This document shows positions 41,813-51,419 of a stretch of 64,000 bases of DNA, piece after piece. Made by a program: the position numbers and the translations under genes. The number at the start of each line of letters is the position of its first letter. The first letter of the stretch is position 1. Under the pieces are notes generated by a model that had not been told where the DNA came from, made no database searches, and saw only the letters and a list, made by a program, of their open reading frames with translations. This stretch comes from an uncultured Lactobacillus sp. GTDB taxonomy: Bacteria > Bacillota > Bacilli > Lactobacillales > Lactobacillaceae. The stretch is taken from NCBI GenBank assembly GCA_947565635.1, contig CANOGU010000006.1, forward strand, positions 3,817 to 67,816, given 5' to 3'.

Positions 41813-41986
41813 TTGAATAAAATAGTTCATATGAGTTAATTTTATTTACTATTGCACTTTATTATTGGAGCTTTAATTTTATGGTTAGTTAAAAATTCTA
41901 TTTTGTGGGTTATGATCTGCTTATTAATATGGAATTTTGCTTTTTTATTAGTTTTTCTAATGAAAAGCAAAAATTCTTTAAATTAA
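41813..41986 (+). pseudogene. Possible small two-TM membrane protein with in-frame stop at 41837-41839
   Basis: TTG start; MNKIVHMS*FYLLLHFIIGALILWLVKNSILWVMICLLIWNFAFLLVFLMKSKNSLN in a single frame. Confidence 0.3.
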
Positions 41987-42052
41987 CATTATTATAGTTA
42001 TTAAAAAATCTCGACTGCTATAATATTAGTAAATTAATAAAGAGGGGTTAAT

Positions 42053-42664
42053 ATGGATATTTATGGTGGCTATACTCCAGTGCTAGATAGTTTACTTAAC
42101 CAAATGTTGGAGTACTTTAGGAAAGAAAATCAACTTCATCAGGAGAAAACCGGCGATAGCCTATATGAACACTTGATTGGCCGAGTTAAGCGGCCAGAAA
42201 GTATGATTGAAAAATGTCAACGAAAAGAATTGCCGGTAACCCCAAAATCAGCTCTAAAAGAAAATCGAGATAGTGTAGGAATTCGTGTGGTTTGCAATTT
42301 TATTGATGACATTTATACCTGTATCGATTTAATTAAGGAATGGGACGATGTAGAGATCGTCAAGCAAAAAGATTACATTACAAATGCTAAACCAAATGGG
42401 TATCGTTCTTATCATATGATTTTAGATGTTGAAAGGACCGAAGAAGATATTGTGGGAAATACTCCGGGTCACTACTATGTTGAAGTACAACTTAGAACTA
42501 TAGCAATGGATACTTGGGCTAGTTTAGAGCATGAAATGAAGTATAAGCACAAGATAAAGAATCCCGAAATGATTGGTAAAGAGTTGAAGCGAGTGGCTGA
42601 TGAATTAGCTTCTTGTGATGTAAGTATGCAGACTTTGCGCCATTTAATTAGAGAGGAAGATTAA
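42053..42664 (+). CDS. Small alarmone synthetase (RelP/RelQ-like GTP pyrophosphokinase)
   Basis: GRVK, D.VGIRVV, KPNGYRSYH, EVQLRT, WASLEH. Confidence 0.88.
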   Translation: MDIYGGYTPVLDSLLNQMLEYFRKENQLHQEKTGDSLYEHLIGRVKRPESMIEKCQRKELPVTPKSALKENRDSVGIRVVCNFIDDIYTCIDLIKEWDDVEIVKQKDYITNAKPNGYRSYHMILDVERTEEDIVGNTPGHYYVEVQLRTIAMDTWASLEHEMKYKHKIKNPEMIGKELKRVADELASCDVSMQTLRHLIREED

Positions 42665-42668
42665 CTTA

Positions 42669-43334
42669 ATGAAAATTTTGCTTGCAGAAGATGAAGAACA
42701 GTTATCTCGTGTTTTGGTAGCCGCAATGCAGAGTGTTAATTATGAGGTGGATCCTGTTTTTAATGGACGGGATGCAGTTGAACTTGCTAGGAAGAATTCA
42801 TATGACGTTATCATCTTAGATATTATGATGCCAGTCATGGATGGAATTACTGCTCTAAAGGAGATTCGCAAGAGTGGCGATAAGACTTATGTTTTAATGT
42901 TAACCGCAAAAGCAGAAGTTGATGATCGAGTAACTGGTTTAGATAGCGGAGCTGATGATTATTTAACTAAGCCATTCTCACTGAAAGATTTGCTAGCACG
43001 TTTACGTTCAAAAGAGCGACGAGACGATCAATATACACCTAATGAGGTTGAAGTAGGAGACCTGGCTTTAAATGTTGCTGAACAAGAACTAGTCAGTCAT
43101 AATTCGATTCGTTTAGGAAGTAAAGAGACTCAACTTTTGAATTATTTGATGCTTAATGAAGGAAAAGAATTTTCAACTTCAGATTTATTAGCGCATGTTT
43201 GGAAAGATGATGATGAAGCTAGTGAAGAAGTCGTTTGGATTTATATTTCTTATCTAAGACAAAAGTTGCAGTCGATTCAGAGCTCAGTTCAGATTGTTGG
43301 TGAAAAAGGTGGTAGTTTTTCCTTAATTAGGTAG
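42669..43334 (+). CDS. OmpR-family response regulator
   Basis: ILLAEDE, LDIMMP, GADDYLTKPF, YISYLRQKL. Confidence 0.92.
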   Translation: MKILLAEDEEQLSRVLVAAMQSVNYEVDPVFNGRDAVELARKNSYDVIILDIMMPVMDGITALKEIRKSGDKTYVLMLTAKAEVDDRVTGLDSGADDYLTKPFSLKDLLARLRSKERRDDQYTPNEVEVGDLALNVAEQELVSHNSIRLGSKETQLLNYLMLNEGKEFSTSDLLAHVWKDDDEASEEVVWIYISYLRQKLQSIQSSVQIVGEKGGSFSLIR

Positions 43335-43344
43335 GTGAGCTAAA

Positions 43345-44619
43345 ATGATCCAAAAGTTTCGGTGGAAATTTATTGGAATGTCGATTATGGCGTTGTTTAT
43401 AGTACTCGTCATCACCTTAGGTGCTTTATTGGGAGTTAGCTATACTCAAAGTCATAATGAGGTGGATCGAGTTTTAACGGCCTTGGTGAACAATCAAGGA
43501 CAATTAACTCCGCGGAATGCTAAGCCAGTCTTTGGTAATCAGAAAGATCCGATCAATAAGAATTTTTTAGCAGGTGAATATAATCCGGAGGCAGTTTTTC
43601 AATATCGTTATTTCACTGTTGCCGAGACTCCGCAGAGTAATCCGCGGATAGTAAATGATGACAATGTTTATGATGTTGGACGAGCTGAAATTCTTAGTAC
43701 AAGTAAGAGAATTTTTAAGGATAAGACAACAGACGGCGTAGTGACAATTGGTAATAATCAGTATGCTTACCGTGTTGGGAAAAATCAGACTGGTCGTAAG
43801 TTTATTGTTTATTTAAATGAATCGCTGATTTATCATCGTTTTTCTCTCCTAGTTAGGGTATCGATTGTTTTAGGAATTGGGTCTTTGATTGTTTTTGCCT
43901 TGGTATTGATTTTGGTTTCTAAAAAGGCGATCGGTCCAATTATTACAACATATCGTAAACAACGTGAGTTTATTACCAATGCTGGCCATGAATTAAAAAC
44001 TCCTTTGGCCATTATTGCTGCTAATACCGAAATGGAAGAGATGTTAGGCAATAATTCTGAATGGAATAAAAGCACCAAGGAACAAGTTGATCGATTAACA
44101 AGGTTAATTAACCGATTAATTGCACTAGCTCGAACTGGCGAAACTGGTGAAGTAATCCTAAATAAAGTGAATTTTTCTGAAATTGTTAAAAAGAATGTCA
44201 ATAGCTTTAAGTCTGTAATGCAAAAAAATAATCTTAAATATAGTGGAATGATTATGCCAGATTTATATGTTAAGGCAGAGAAAAATGTTTTAAGTGAACT
44301 GATTAACATCTTACTAGACAATGCACGTAAATATTGCGATAAAGATGGGAAAGTGCAGGTAACCTTAACTAAAGGAAAGCTGGGAACAAATGCCATCTTA
44401 AAGGTTGCTAATACTTATAAAGAAGGAAAAGGAAAAGATTATTCGCATTTCTTTGAGCGCTTCTATCGAGAAGATGAATCACACAATTCGAAGCAATCAG
44501 GATTTGGAATTGGATTAGCAATGGCACAAGAGATTGTTCACACATTTCATGGGAAAATTCATGTTAGTCATAAAGATGATATGATTATCTTTACAGTAAT
44601 TTTGAAATTAGCAAAATAA
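43345..44619 (+). CDS. Sensor histidine kinase
   Basis: Two TM segments; GHELKTPL, LLDNARKY, FERFYR, GFGIGL. Confidence 0.92.
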   Translation: MIQKFRWKFIGMSIMALFIVLVITLGALLGVSYTQSHNEVDRVLTALVNNQGQLTPRNAKPVFGNQKDPINKNFLAGEYNPEAVFQYRYFTVAETPQSNPRIVNDDNVYDVGRAEILSTSKRIFKDKTTDGVVTIGNNQYAYRVGKNQTGRKFIVYLNESLIYHRFSLLVRVSIVLGIGSLIVFALVLILVSKKAIGPIITTYRKQREFITNAGHELKTPLAIIAANTEMEEMLGNNSEWNKSTKEQVDRLTRLINRLIALARTGETGEVILNKVNFSEIVKKNVNSFKSVMQKNNLKYSGMIMPDLYVKAEKNVLSELINILLDNARKYCDKDGKVQVTLTKGKLGTNAILKVANTYKEGKGKDYSHFFERFYREDESHNSKQSGFGIGLAMAQEIVHTFHGKIHVSHKDDMIIFTVILKLAK

Positions 44620-44688
44620 GAAAAGCAGTTAGTTTTCGTTTTTTGAAGACTAGCTGCTTTTTGCATACTGTAAATTTTAAAATATTAT

Positions 44689-44730
44689 TTAAAATAATAT
44701 CCAATACATTGTTGAACTTGATGTTTCCAT
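44689..44730 (-). CDS. Putative 13-aa micro-peptide METSSSTMYWILF
   Basis: AAAGAAAGGAGTGA RBS just before ATG on the minus strand, immediately downstream of pepX. Confidence 0.45.
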   Translation of the reverse strand: METSSSTMYWILF

Positions 44731-44783
44731 ATGGTCTCACTCCTTTCTTTAACTAGAAGTTAAGCCTTAGTATCATCAACTAA

Positions 44784-47168
44784 TTACATCTCATGAAAAA
44801 TCAATTGTGTCTTATCTAAATCAATAGTATAAGTTTCTTCTTCTAATGGACGCTTGGTCATTCCTTGATCAGTTGAGTAGATAATTAAACCTAATCGTGC
44901 ACCAGCTGGTAAGCGATAGAAGGTAGGCTGCAATTCAAACTCTAAGTCATAGAATTTACCAGGTTCAACTTTTTCGGCATGTTTCATGTCTGCATAGTTT
45001 TGAACATTCATGTGACTTTTAGTAATTAATTTGGCCTTGGTTTCTTTATCAGGAACGAATTCCTTCATTACTTCGGTGCCGAAACGGTAGCCTAATTCTT
45101 GAATTTGATCGTTAAATGACTTAGGAATTGGGGTAAGGCGTTTTCTAGTCCCTAGATCAACTAAAGCTACAGAAATTTGGCCTTTAGGAAGAGAGGTAGA
45201 AACACTCATTTTAATCTTAGGACGACCAACTACTGTAACAGTATGAATGAATTCATCAGTTACAAAGCGCAATTGTTGATCAAGCCATTTTTCTTCTCCA
45301 GAAATGAAGTCGTACTGCCATTTTCCTTCAGAAATTTTAGCTTCTTTAAAGATTTTTCCACCTTGGTCTGTAAATGAAACTTTATCATTATCTTCTCCGC
45401 CATCTTTTAAGAGGCTGCCACTCTTATCTGGGAAGTAAATTTCTTTTTTACCTAATTCATTATTCCAAGTTGGTTCTTCATGCCAGATATCTGGTTGTAG
45501 ATTATCTTGAATCATTACATCTTCCCATTGCTTGTAAGCATTATTTTTAATGTCTAACAATTCATGACAGAACCAGAGGTTCATTAAATCAGAAAAGTCA
45601 ATGGAAAGAAGATTATTCATGTTGTAGTGCGGACCTTGGTGTAAGAATAGTTTATGTGCGATTGGTAATTTAGAAACTTTTTGCCAAATTTTATAAACAT
45701 TCTTAGGCTTAACATTCCAATCATTAAGGCCATGAACTGAAATCCAAGAACATTTAATATTATCAGTGTGGTGACGATAATTTCTAGCTTCCCAGAAATC
45801 AGAATATTGGCCAGTTTCACGGTCTGATTTTTCTAAAAGACGCTTTTGCATTGCATCGTATTTAGGTTTGATTTTTAGATAGTCACCTGCATCCCAAAGA
45901 TTAGACTGACAAGTTTCAGCTAGCATATCTAAGTCTTCTCCTTGGCAAGCCTCTGGAGCAATGACTAAGCCATGCTCGCGGTAGTAATCATACCAAGAAG
46001 AAATTGCAGCTTCAGAAACTACAGTTTTAAGTCCCTTCACCCCTGTAGTAGCAATTGCAATTTGAAGAGTACCAAGGTATGAACGACCAGTCATTCCGAT
46101 ATTCCCATTACACCAGGAAGCTTTTGTCTCATGCTTTCTAGTTCTGTCAGTATAGGCAATACGATCACCATGGAGCCATTCAATAATTTCTTTAGCACTT
46201 TCAGTTTCTTCTGGTGCACCAGTAATTCTTAAACCGTCGGAACCATGTGTTCCAATGGCACCAGCATAAACATTTGCAAATCCGCGTGCTAATAAATATT
46301 CATTTAGCGAATAGGCTGCTTTATGTACAGCTTCTTCTGTAGCGGCTTGATCTTCACTAGCGGGCTTTTGAGCTTTAGCAGTAGGCATTGCCTCATACTT
46401 AGGGTAAGTACTCTTAGTAGCATCTTCTAGGTTGATATCTACATTGTGGTTTCGTTTTTCATTAGCAATAATTCCGCCAAAGTATGGATCTGCTGTATAG
46501 AGAGCAGGGAACTTAAAGTTGTTTGATTGATAAGGACGAAAGACTGTGACTTGAAGTAAATCAGGTTTGCCATCTTCATCAGTATCAAGATCACTTTCAA
46601 CATAAACCACTTCACGAATAACCTTACTCATATCAAAAACTGGGAGTGACTTACCATTAAAGTACATAAATTTATTATTACCATAAAACTGGGTGAAGTA
46701 ACCTTTACCAGCCATATTATCAATGAAAGTTTGGCCATTTTTAGCTCGAGTGTTAAGTAGGCGGTAGAAGACTTTAACTAATTCATTACGGTCAATTTCT
46801 TCTTGATCAGTATAAGGAAGGGCATTAGCCTTCATCCGAGCTAGTGGGTCATTTAAGTCATAATCGTAGCCAACATGATAGCCGAGTAATTGTAGGGCAA
46901 CATTATAAAATTGGTTACGTAAAATTGAATTAGGATTTTCAGCTAAAAAATCTTTTAGATTTTTATGATCACTAACTGCAAATTCTGCTAATTTAGCTTC
47001 TTTTGCACCATAAGTTTTGGCTTCGGCAACGGAGTTTTCAACTAGTGTTGCTAAAAGGCCGGAAAAACTATTTTCTTTCCAATCATTAGGTAAGAAGTTA
47101 ATAGATTGTAGTTCTTTAACCATTTGGTCAAAGTCTGTTTTTAGATAACCATATTGATTATATTTCAT
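44784..47168 (-). CDS. pepX: Xaa-Pro dipeptidyl-peptidase
   Basis: MKYNQ start, [16 protein letters not shown] catalytic Ser motif, HGLNDWNVK. Confidence 0.94.
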   Translation of the reverse strand: MKYNQYGYLKTDFDQMVKELQSINFLPNDWKENSFSGLLATLVENSVAEAKTYGAKEAKLAEFAVSDHKNLKDFLAENPNSILRNQFYNVALQLLGYHVGYDYDLNDPLARMKANALPYTDQEEIDRNELVKVFYRLLNTRAKNGQTFIDNMAGKGYFTQFYGNNKFMYFNGKSLPVFDMSKVIREVVYVESDLDTDEDGKPDLLQVTVFRPYQSNNFKFPALYTADPYFGGIIANEKRNHNVDINLEDATKSTYPKYEAMPTAKAQKPASEDQAATEEAVHKAAYSLNEYLLARGFANVYAGAIGTHGSDGLRITGAPEETESAKEIIEWLHGDRIAYTDRTRKHETKASWCNGNIGMTGRSYLGTLQIAIATTGVKGLKTVVSEAAISSWYDYYREHGLVIAPEACQGEDLDMLAETCQSNLWDAGDYLKIKPKYDAMQKRLLEKSDRETGQYSDFWEARNYRHHTDNIKCSWISVHGLNDWNVKPKNVYKIWQKVSKLPIAHKLFLHQGPHYNMNNLLSIDFSDLMNLWFCHELLDIKNNAYKQWEDVMIQDNLQPDIWHEEPTWNNELGKKEIYFPDKSGSLLKDGGEDNDKVSFTDQGGKIFKEAKISEGKWQYDFISGEEKWLDQQLRFVTDEFIHTVTVVGRPKIKMSVSTSLPKGQISVALVDLGTRKRLTPIPKSFNDQIQELGYRFGTEVMKEFVPDKETKAKLITKSHMNVQNYADMKHAEKVEPGKFYDLEFELQPTFYRLPAGARLGLIIYSTDQGMTKRPLEEETYTIDLDKTQLIFHEM

Positions 47169-47365
47169 TATAAAAAGCACTCCTTTTTTGTCTTTTCTCT
47201 TAATTTTTATTTTACTAGTTTTAATTGAATAAAAGAAGAATGAAACAATATTTTAAATTATGTAGGATAGCCTAAATTATTTTTAATTTAATCCAAAAAC
47301 TGGTAAGTAAGATTTTAATTTCTTATAATAAATAGTTGAGAAGTTAAAATATTGGAGGTCAAAAT

Positions 47366-49900
47366 ATGACAGAAGTAAAACGCTTTTATGAAACTTTTCA
47401 TCCGGAACACTATGATATCTATTTAGATATTAGTCGTGAAAAGAAGAGATTTCATGGTAAGACTGTTGTAATCGGTGAAGCACAAGAAGAATTAGTCAAG
47501 CTAAATCAAAAGTACTTAAAGATTACCTCTGTTAGAGTAGATCAAAAGAAGGCTGACTTTAATTACAACGATAAAGATGAAGTAATTAATATTGAAGCTG
47601 GAAAAGTAGGTAAGATGAAAATTGAAGTTGACTTCGAAGGTAAGTTGACTGATACAATGATGGGAATCTATCCTTCTTACTACGAAGTTGATGGTGAAAA
47701 GAAGCAATTAATTGGTACACAATTTGAAACCACCTTTGCTCGTCAAGCCTTCCCATGTGTTGATGAACCAGAAGCAAAAGCTACTTTTGCACTTGCAATT
47801 AAGTTTGATGAAAAACCTGGTGAAAGTATTATTTCTAACCAACCAGAAGAGAAGTTTAAAGATGGTGTTCACTACTTTAAACCAACTCTACGTATGTCTA
47901 GTTATTTAGTTGCTTTTGTCTTCGGTGATATGCAAAGAAAATTGACTAAGACAAAATCTGGCGTTGAAATTGGTGTTTTTGCTACAAGAGCTCACCAAGC
48001 AAAAGAATTAGATTTTGCCTTAGATATTGCTAAGCGTTCAATTGAATTCTTTGAAGATTTCTATGAAACTCCATATCCATTAGAGCATTCATATCAAGTA
48101 GCACTTCCTGACTTTTCAGCTGGTGCGATGGAAAACTGGGGCTGTGTAACTTATCGTGAAGCATACTTATTACTTGATCCTGACAACACTTCATTAGAAA
48201 TGAAGCAATTAGTTGCTACAGTTATTGCTCATGAATTAGCTCACCAATGGTTCGGAGACTTAGTAACTATGAAGTGGTGGGATAATCTATGGCTTAACGA
48301 AAGTTTTGCTAATATGATGGAATATGTAGCTATTGATGCCTTGGAACCAAATTGGAAGATTTGGGAAATGTTCCAAACTTCAGAAGTTCCAGCAGCTCTC
48401 CAAAGGGATGCAACAGATGGTGTTCAATCTGTTCATGTTATGGTTAACGATCCAGCTGAAATTGATGCCTTATTTGACTCAGCCATTGTTTATGCAAAGG
48501 GATCAAGAATGTTAGTAATGGTTCGTGCCTTACTAGGAGATGAAGCTCTTCGTGAAGGTTTGAAGAACTACTTTGCTGCTCATAAATATGGTAATGCAAC
48601 TGGGGATGATTTATGGAAGGCACTTGGAGAAGCAAGTGGCTTAGACATTGGTGCGATTATGCATTCTTGGCTTGAACAACCAGGTTACCCAGTAGTAAAC
48701 GCAAAAGTTGAAGATGGTAAGTTAGTTTTAACTCAAAAACAATTCTTTATCGGTGAAGGTAAGGAAGTAGGACGTAAGTGGCAAATTCCACTAAATTCAA
48801 ACTATGCTGCTGTTCCAAAGATTATGAAGGATGAAAAATTAGTTGTTGGTGACTATGCTGATTTAATTGCTGACAACGGTGTTCCATTCCGTTTAAATGT
48901 AGGCAACAATTCAGACTTTATTGTTAAATATGATAAGACCTTACTTGATGATATTTTGAACCACATTGATGAATTAGATGCGGTTGATAAATTACAGTTA
49001 CTACAAGACTTCAGATTATTAGCAGAAGGCGGTCATATGTCTTATGCAGACATTGTTCCACTTCTTCCTAAATTTGCAGATTCTACTTCACCAATTGTAA
49101 ACAATGCTTTATACAGAATTATGACTACTTTACGTAATTTTGTAACTCCAGATTCTAAGGAAGAAAAGGATCTAAAGAAGCTTTATAATTTACTTTCTGA
49201 AAAACAAGTTAAGCGTCTAGGATTACTTCCAAAAGCTGGTGAATCTAATGATGATAATTTAACTAGACCATATGTTGTTGCAGCTTCCTTATATGCTGGT
49301 AATGATGAGACAATTAACGGTCTGCACACTATTTATTCAGAAAATTCGGATAACTTAGAGGGTATTTCCGCTGATATTAGAAGTGCTGTTTTGGTTAACG
49401 AGGTTAAGAACTTTGGTAACATGACTTTATTTGATAAACTTCTTAAGAAGTATCAAGAAACTTCTGACGCAAGTTTGAAGCAAGACTTGTGTGCTGGTAT
49501 TACTTCAACTAAAATGCCTGAAATCATTGATGCAATTGTTGATGACTTTGAAAATTCCGAAATTATTAAGCCACAAGACTTACGTGCATGGTACCGTAAT
49601 GTTTTAGCTAATCCATTTGGTCAAGAACAAGCTTGGAACTGGATTAGATTAGAATGGGCATGGCTTGAAGCAACTGTAGGTGGAGATATGGAATTTGCAA
49701 CCTTTATTACTGTAACTGCAAATATTTTCCATACTGAAGAAAGATTGAATCAATTCAAAGACTTCTTTGAACCAAAGATCAATACTCCAGGCTTAACTCG
49801 TGAAATCAAGATGGATACTAAGGTAATTGAAACTAAGGTTAACTTAGTTAAGAAAGAACAGTCTGCTGTTAACACTGCAATTGCTAAAGCTGTTGACTAA
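47366..49900 (+). CDS. pepN: Aminopeptidase N (M1 family)
   Basis: GAMENWG, HELAHQW...LWLNES. Confidence 0.95.
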   Translation: MTEVKRFYETFHPEHYDIYLDISREKKRFHGKTVVIGEAQEELVKLNQKYLKITSVRVDQKKADFNYNDKDEVINIEAGKVGKMKIEVDFEGKLTDTMMGIYPSYYEVDGEKKQLIGTQFETTFARQAFPCVDEPEAKATFALAIKFDEKPGESIISNQPEEKFKDGVHYFKPTLRMSSYLVAFVFGDMQRKLTKTKSGVEIGVFATRAHQAKELDFALDIAKRSIEFFEDFYETPYPLEHSYQVALPDFSAGAMENWGCVTYREAYLLLDPDNTSLEMKQLVATVIAHELAHQWFGDLVTMKWWDNLWLNESFANMMEYVAIDALEPNWKIWEMFQTSEVPAALQRDATDGVQSVHVMVNDPAEIDALFDSAIVYAKGSRMLVMVRALLGDEALREGLKNYFAAHKYGNATGDDLWKALGEASGLDIGAIMHSWLEQPGYPVVNAKVEDGKLVLTQKQFFIGEGKEVGRKWQIPLNSNYAAVPKIMKDEKLVVGDYADLIADNGVPFRLNVGNNSDFIVKYDKTLLDDILNHIDELDAVDKLQLLQDFRLLAEGGHMSYADIVPLLPKFADSTSPIVNNALYRIMTTLRNFVTPDSKEEKDLKKLYNLLSEKQVKRLGLLPKAGESNDDNLTRPYVVAASLYAGNDETINGLHTIYSENSDNLEGISADIRSAVLVNEVKNFGNMTLFDKLLKKYQETSDASLKQDLCAGITSTKMPEIIDAIVDDFENSEIIKPQDLRAWYRNVLANPFGQEQAWNWIRLEWAWLEATVGGDMEFATFITVTANIFHTEERLNQFKDFFEPKINTPGLTREIKMDTKVIETKVNLVKKEQSAVNTAIAKAVD

Positions 49901-49986
49901 AATTTGAAAAATAAATAATTAAAAGGTGCGCTTTCGGTTTTGAAAGCGCATTTTTGATATAATTGAAAAGATAGAGGTGAGAGGAT

Positions 49987-50757
49987 TTGGTAAAAACAAT
50001 ATTTTTTGATGTGGACGGGACATTAGTTTCTCATAAAACCGATAGCGTTCCAGAAAGTACTAGGAAGGCACTTAAGCTTTTACATGAAAATGGCTATAAA
50101 TTAGTGCTAGCTACAGGCCGTGATATGAGTCAATTGAAAAAATTACCAGTCAAGGATTTGAAATTTGATGGTTATTTGACGATGAATGGTCAACTTTGTT
50201 TAGATGGAGATGGAAAAGAAATTTTTGGTAATCCAATTGATGAGAAGGATACTGAAAAAATGGTCCAATTAATTAAAGAAAAAACTGTTCCAATTACTAC
50301 GATTGGTAAAGAGGGTCCGTATATTAATTTTGTAACTGATGAGGTGGTAGCTGCTCAAAAAGCTGTTTCAAGTAAGGTTGCACCCGTTGGTGAATATCAC
50401 GGAGAAAAGGTCTATCAATTTATTGCATATGGAGATCGAGAAAAATTAAAGAATTTAGTGAATGATTTGCCTAATTGTAAATTAAGTTGGTGGAATGAAT
50501 ATGTAGTAGATATCATCTCAAAAGACGGTGGTAAATTAGCTGGTATTGAAAAGTATCTAGAACTACAAGGTCAAACTTTAGCAGATGCAATGGCTTTTGG
50601 TGATGGCGAAAATGATCTAGAAATGTTAAAAGCTGTTAAAATTGGAGTTGCAATGGGGAATGGCGAAGAGCAAGTAAAGCGCATTGCAGACTATGTAACT
50701 ACTGATATTGACGCAGACGGCATCTTTAATGCAGGTAAGCATTATAAGTTAATTTAG
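49987..50757 (+). CDS. Cof-type HAD-IIB hydrolase
   Basis: DVDGTL, ATGR, FGDGEND, VAMGN. Confidence 0.9.
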   Translation: MVKTIFFDVDGTLVSHKTDSVPESTRKALKLLHENGYKLVLATGRDMSQLKKLPVKDLKFDGYLTMNGQLCLDGDGKEIFGNPIDEKDTEKMVQLIKEKTVPITTIGKEGPYINFVTDEVVAAQKAVSSKVAPVGEYHGEKVYQFIAYGDREKLKNLVNDLPNCKLSWWNEYVVDIISKDGGKLAGIEKYLELQGQTLADAMAFGDGENDLEMLKAVKIGVAMGNGEEQVKRIADYVTTDIDADGIFNAGKHYKLI

Positions 50758-50863
50758 AGGAATAGGAATGGCAAATATCAGCTGCTATTCCTTATTTTTA
50801 TATCCTTAAAGGTGGGGTAGATAAAAAAATTTAAATTAAAATCAAAAAAATTCAAAAAAGTAA

Positions 50864-50892
50864 TTGACATATAAGTTCCTTTTCCCTATACT
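50864..50892 (+). promoter_or_regulatory. Sigma-A promoter of tRNA-Arg
   Basis: TTGACA-17 nt-TATACT. Confidence 0.75.
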
Positions 50893-50915
50893 AGAATATG
50901 TTCTGTTAAGGAATT

Positions 50916-50989
50916 GGTTTGGTAGCTCAGCTGGATAGAGCAACGGTCTTCTAAACCGTGGGTCGTGAGTTCGAATCTCACCCAAATCA
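50916..50989 (+). tRNA. tRNA-Arg (anticodon TCT)
   Basis: Acceptor GGTTTGG/CCAAATC, anticodon loop CTTCTAA, TTCGAAT T-loop. Confidence 0.94.
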
Positions 50990-51038
50990 CTGATATGACG
51001 CTCCGTATGGGGCGTCTTTTTTTTGTGCAATTTTTTAT
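50982..51038 (+). repeat. Direct repeat copy 1 (tRNA 3' end + terminator; att-like)
   Basis: CCAAATCACTGATATGACGCTCCGTATGGGGCGTCTTTTTTTTGTGCAATTTTTTAT; near-identical copy at 53120-53174. Confidence 0.85.
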
Positions 51039-51419
51039 TTGACCCCCAAGCTAATTTATTTGTTACTTTCTTTAAGTTGATGGAATTATTTTTAAAAGAA
51101 CTATATCAATGATTTTGCAATAAGCTTTAAATATACTACATTTAAACTACAGCAAAGAGATACAAGGAATTCTAAAAAAGTATTACCGTTTTCTACAAAA
51201 AGTAATACTTTTTTGACCATTTAGTGCAATTTGTGCTATCGGGCTTTCGTTTATGACGTAATTTTTCTAATAATTGAACTTTTAATATTCTCAATTACTC
51301 ATCAATAAATTAATTTTAAGTAGATTTTATGGTGCAATTTTAATTTTACTTTTATTAAAAGCGTTGATTTATTTTAATTTTATATTTATTATTTAAATTA
51401 AAATTTAATAAATCAAGGA

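Noticed and set aside
43833-44396. 187-aa minus-strand ORF
   Set aside because: Antisense shadow of the histidine kinase.
50842-51030. 62-aa minus-strand ORF
   Set aside because: Spurious; antisense to tRNA-Arg.
51080-51112. Micro-ORF MELFLKELYQ in the tRNA islet
   Set aside because: No RBS; expected by chance in AT-rich DNA.
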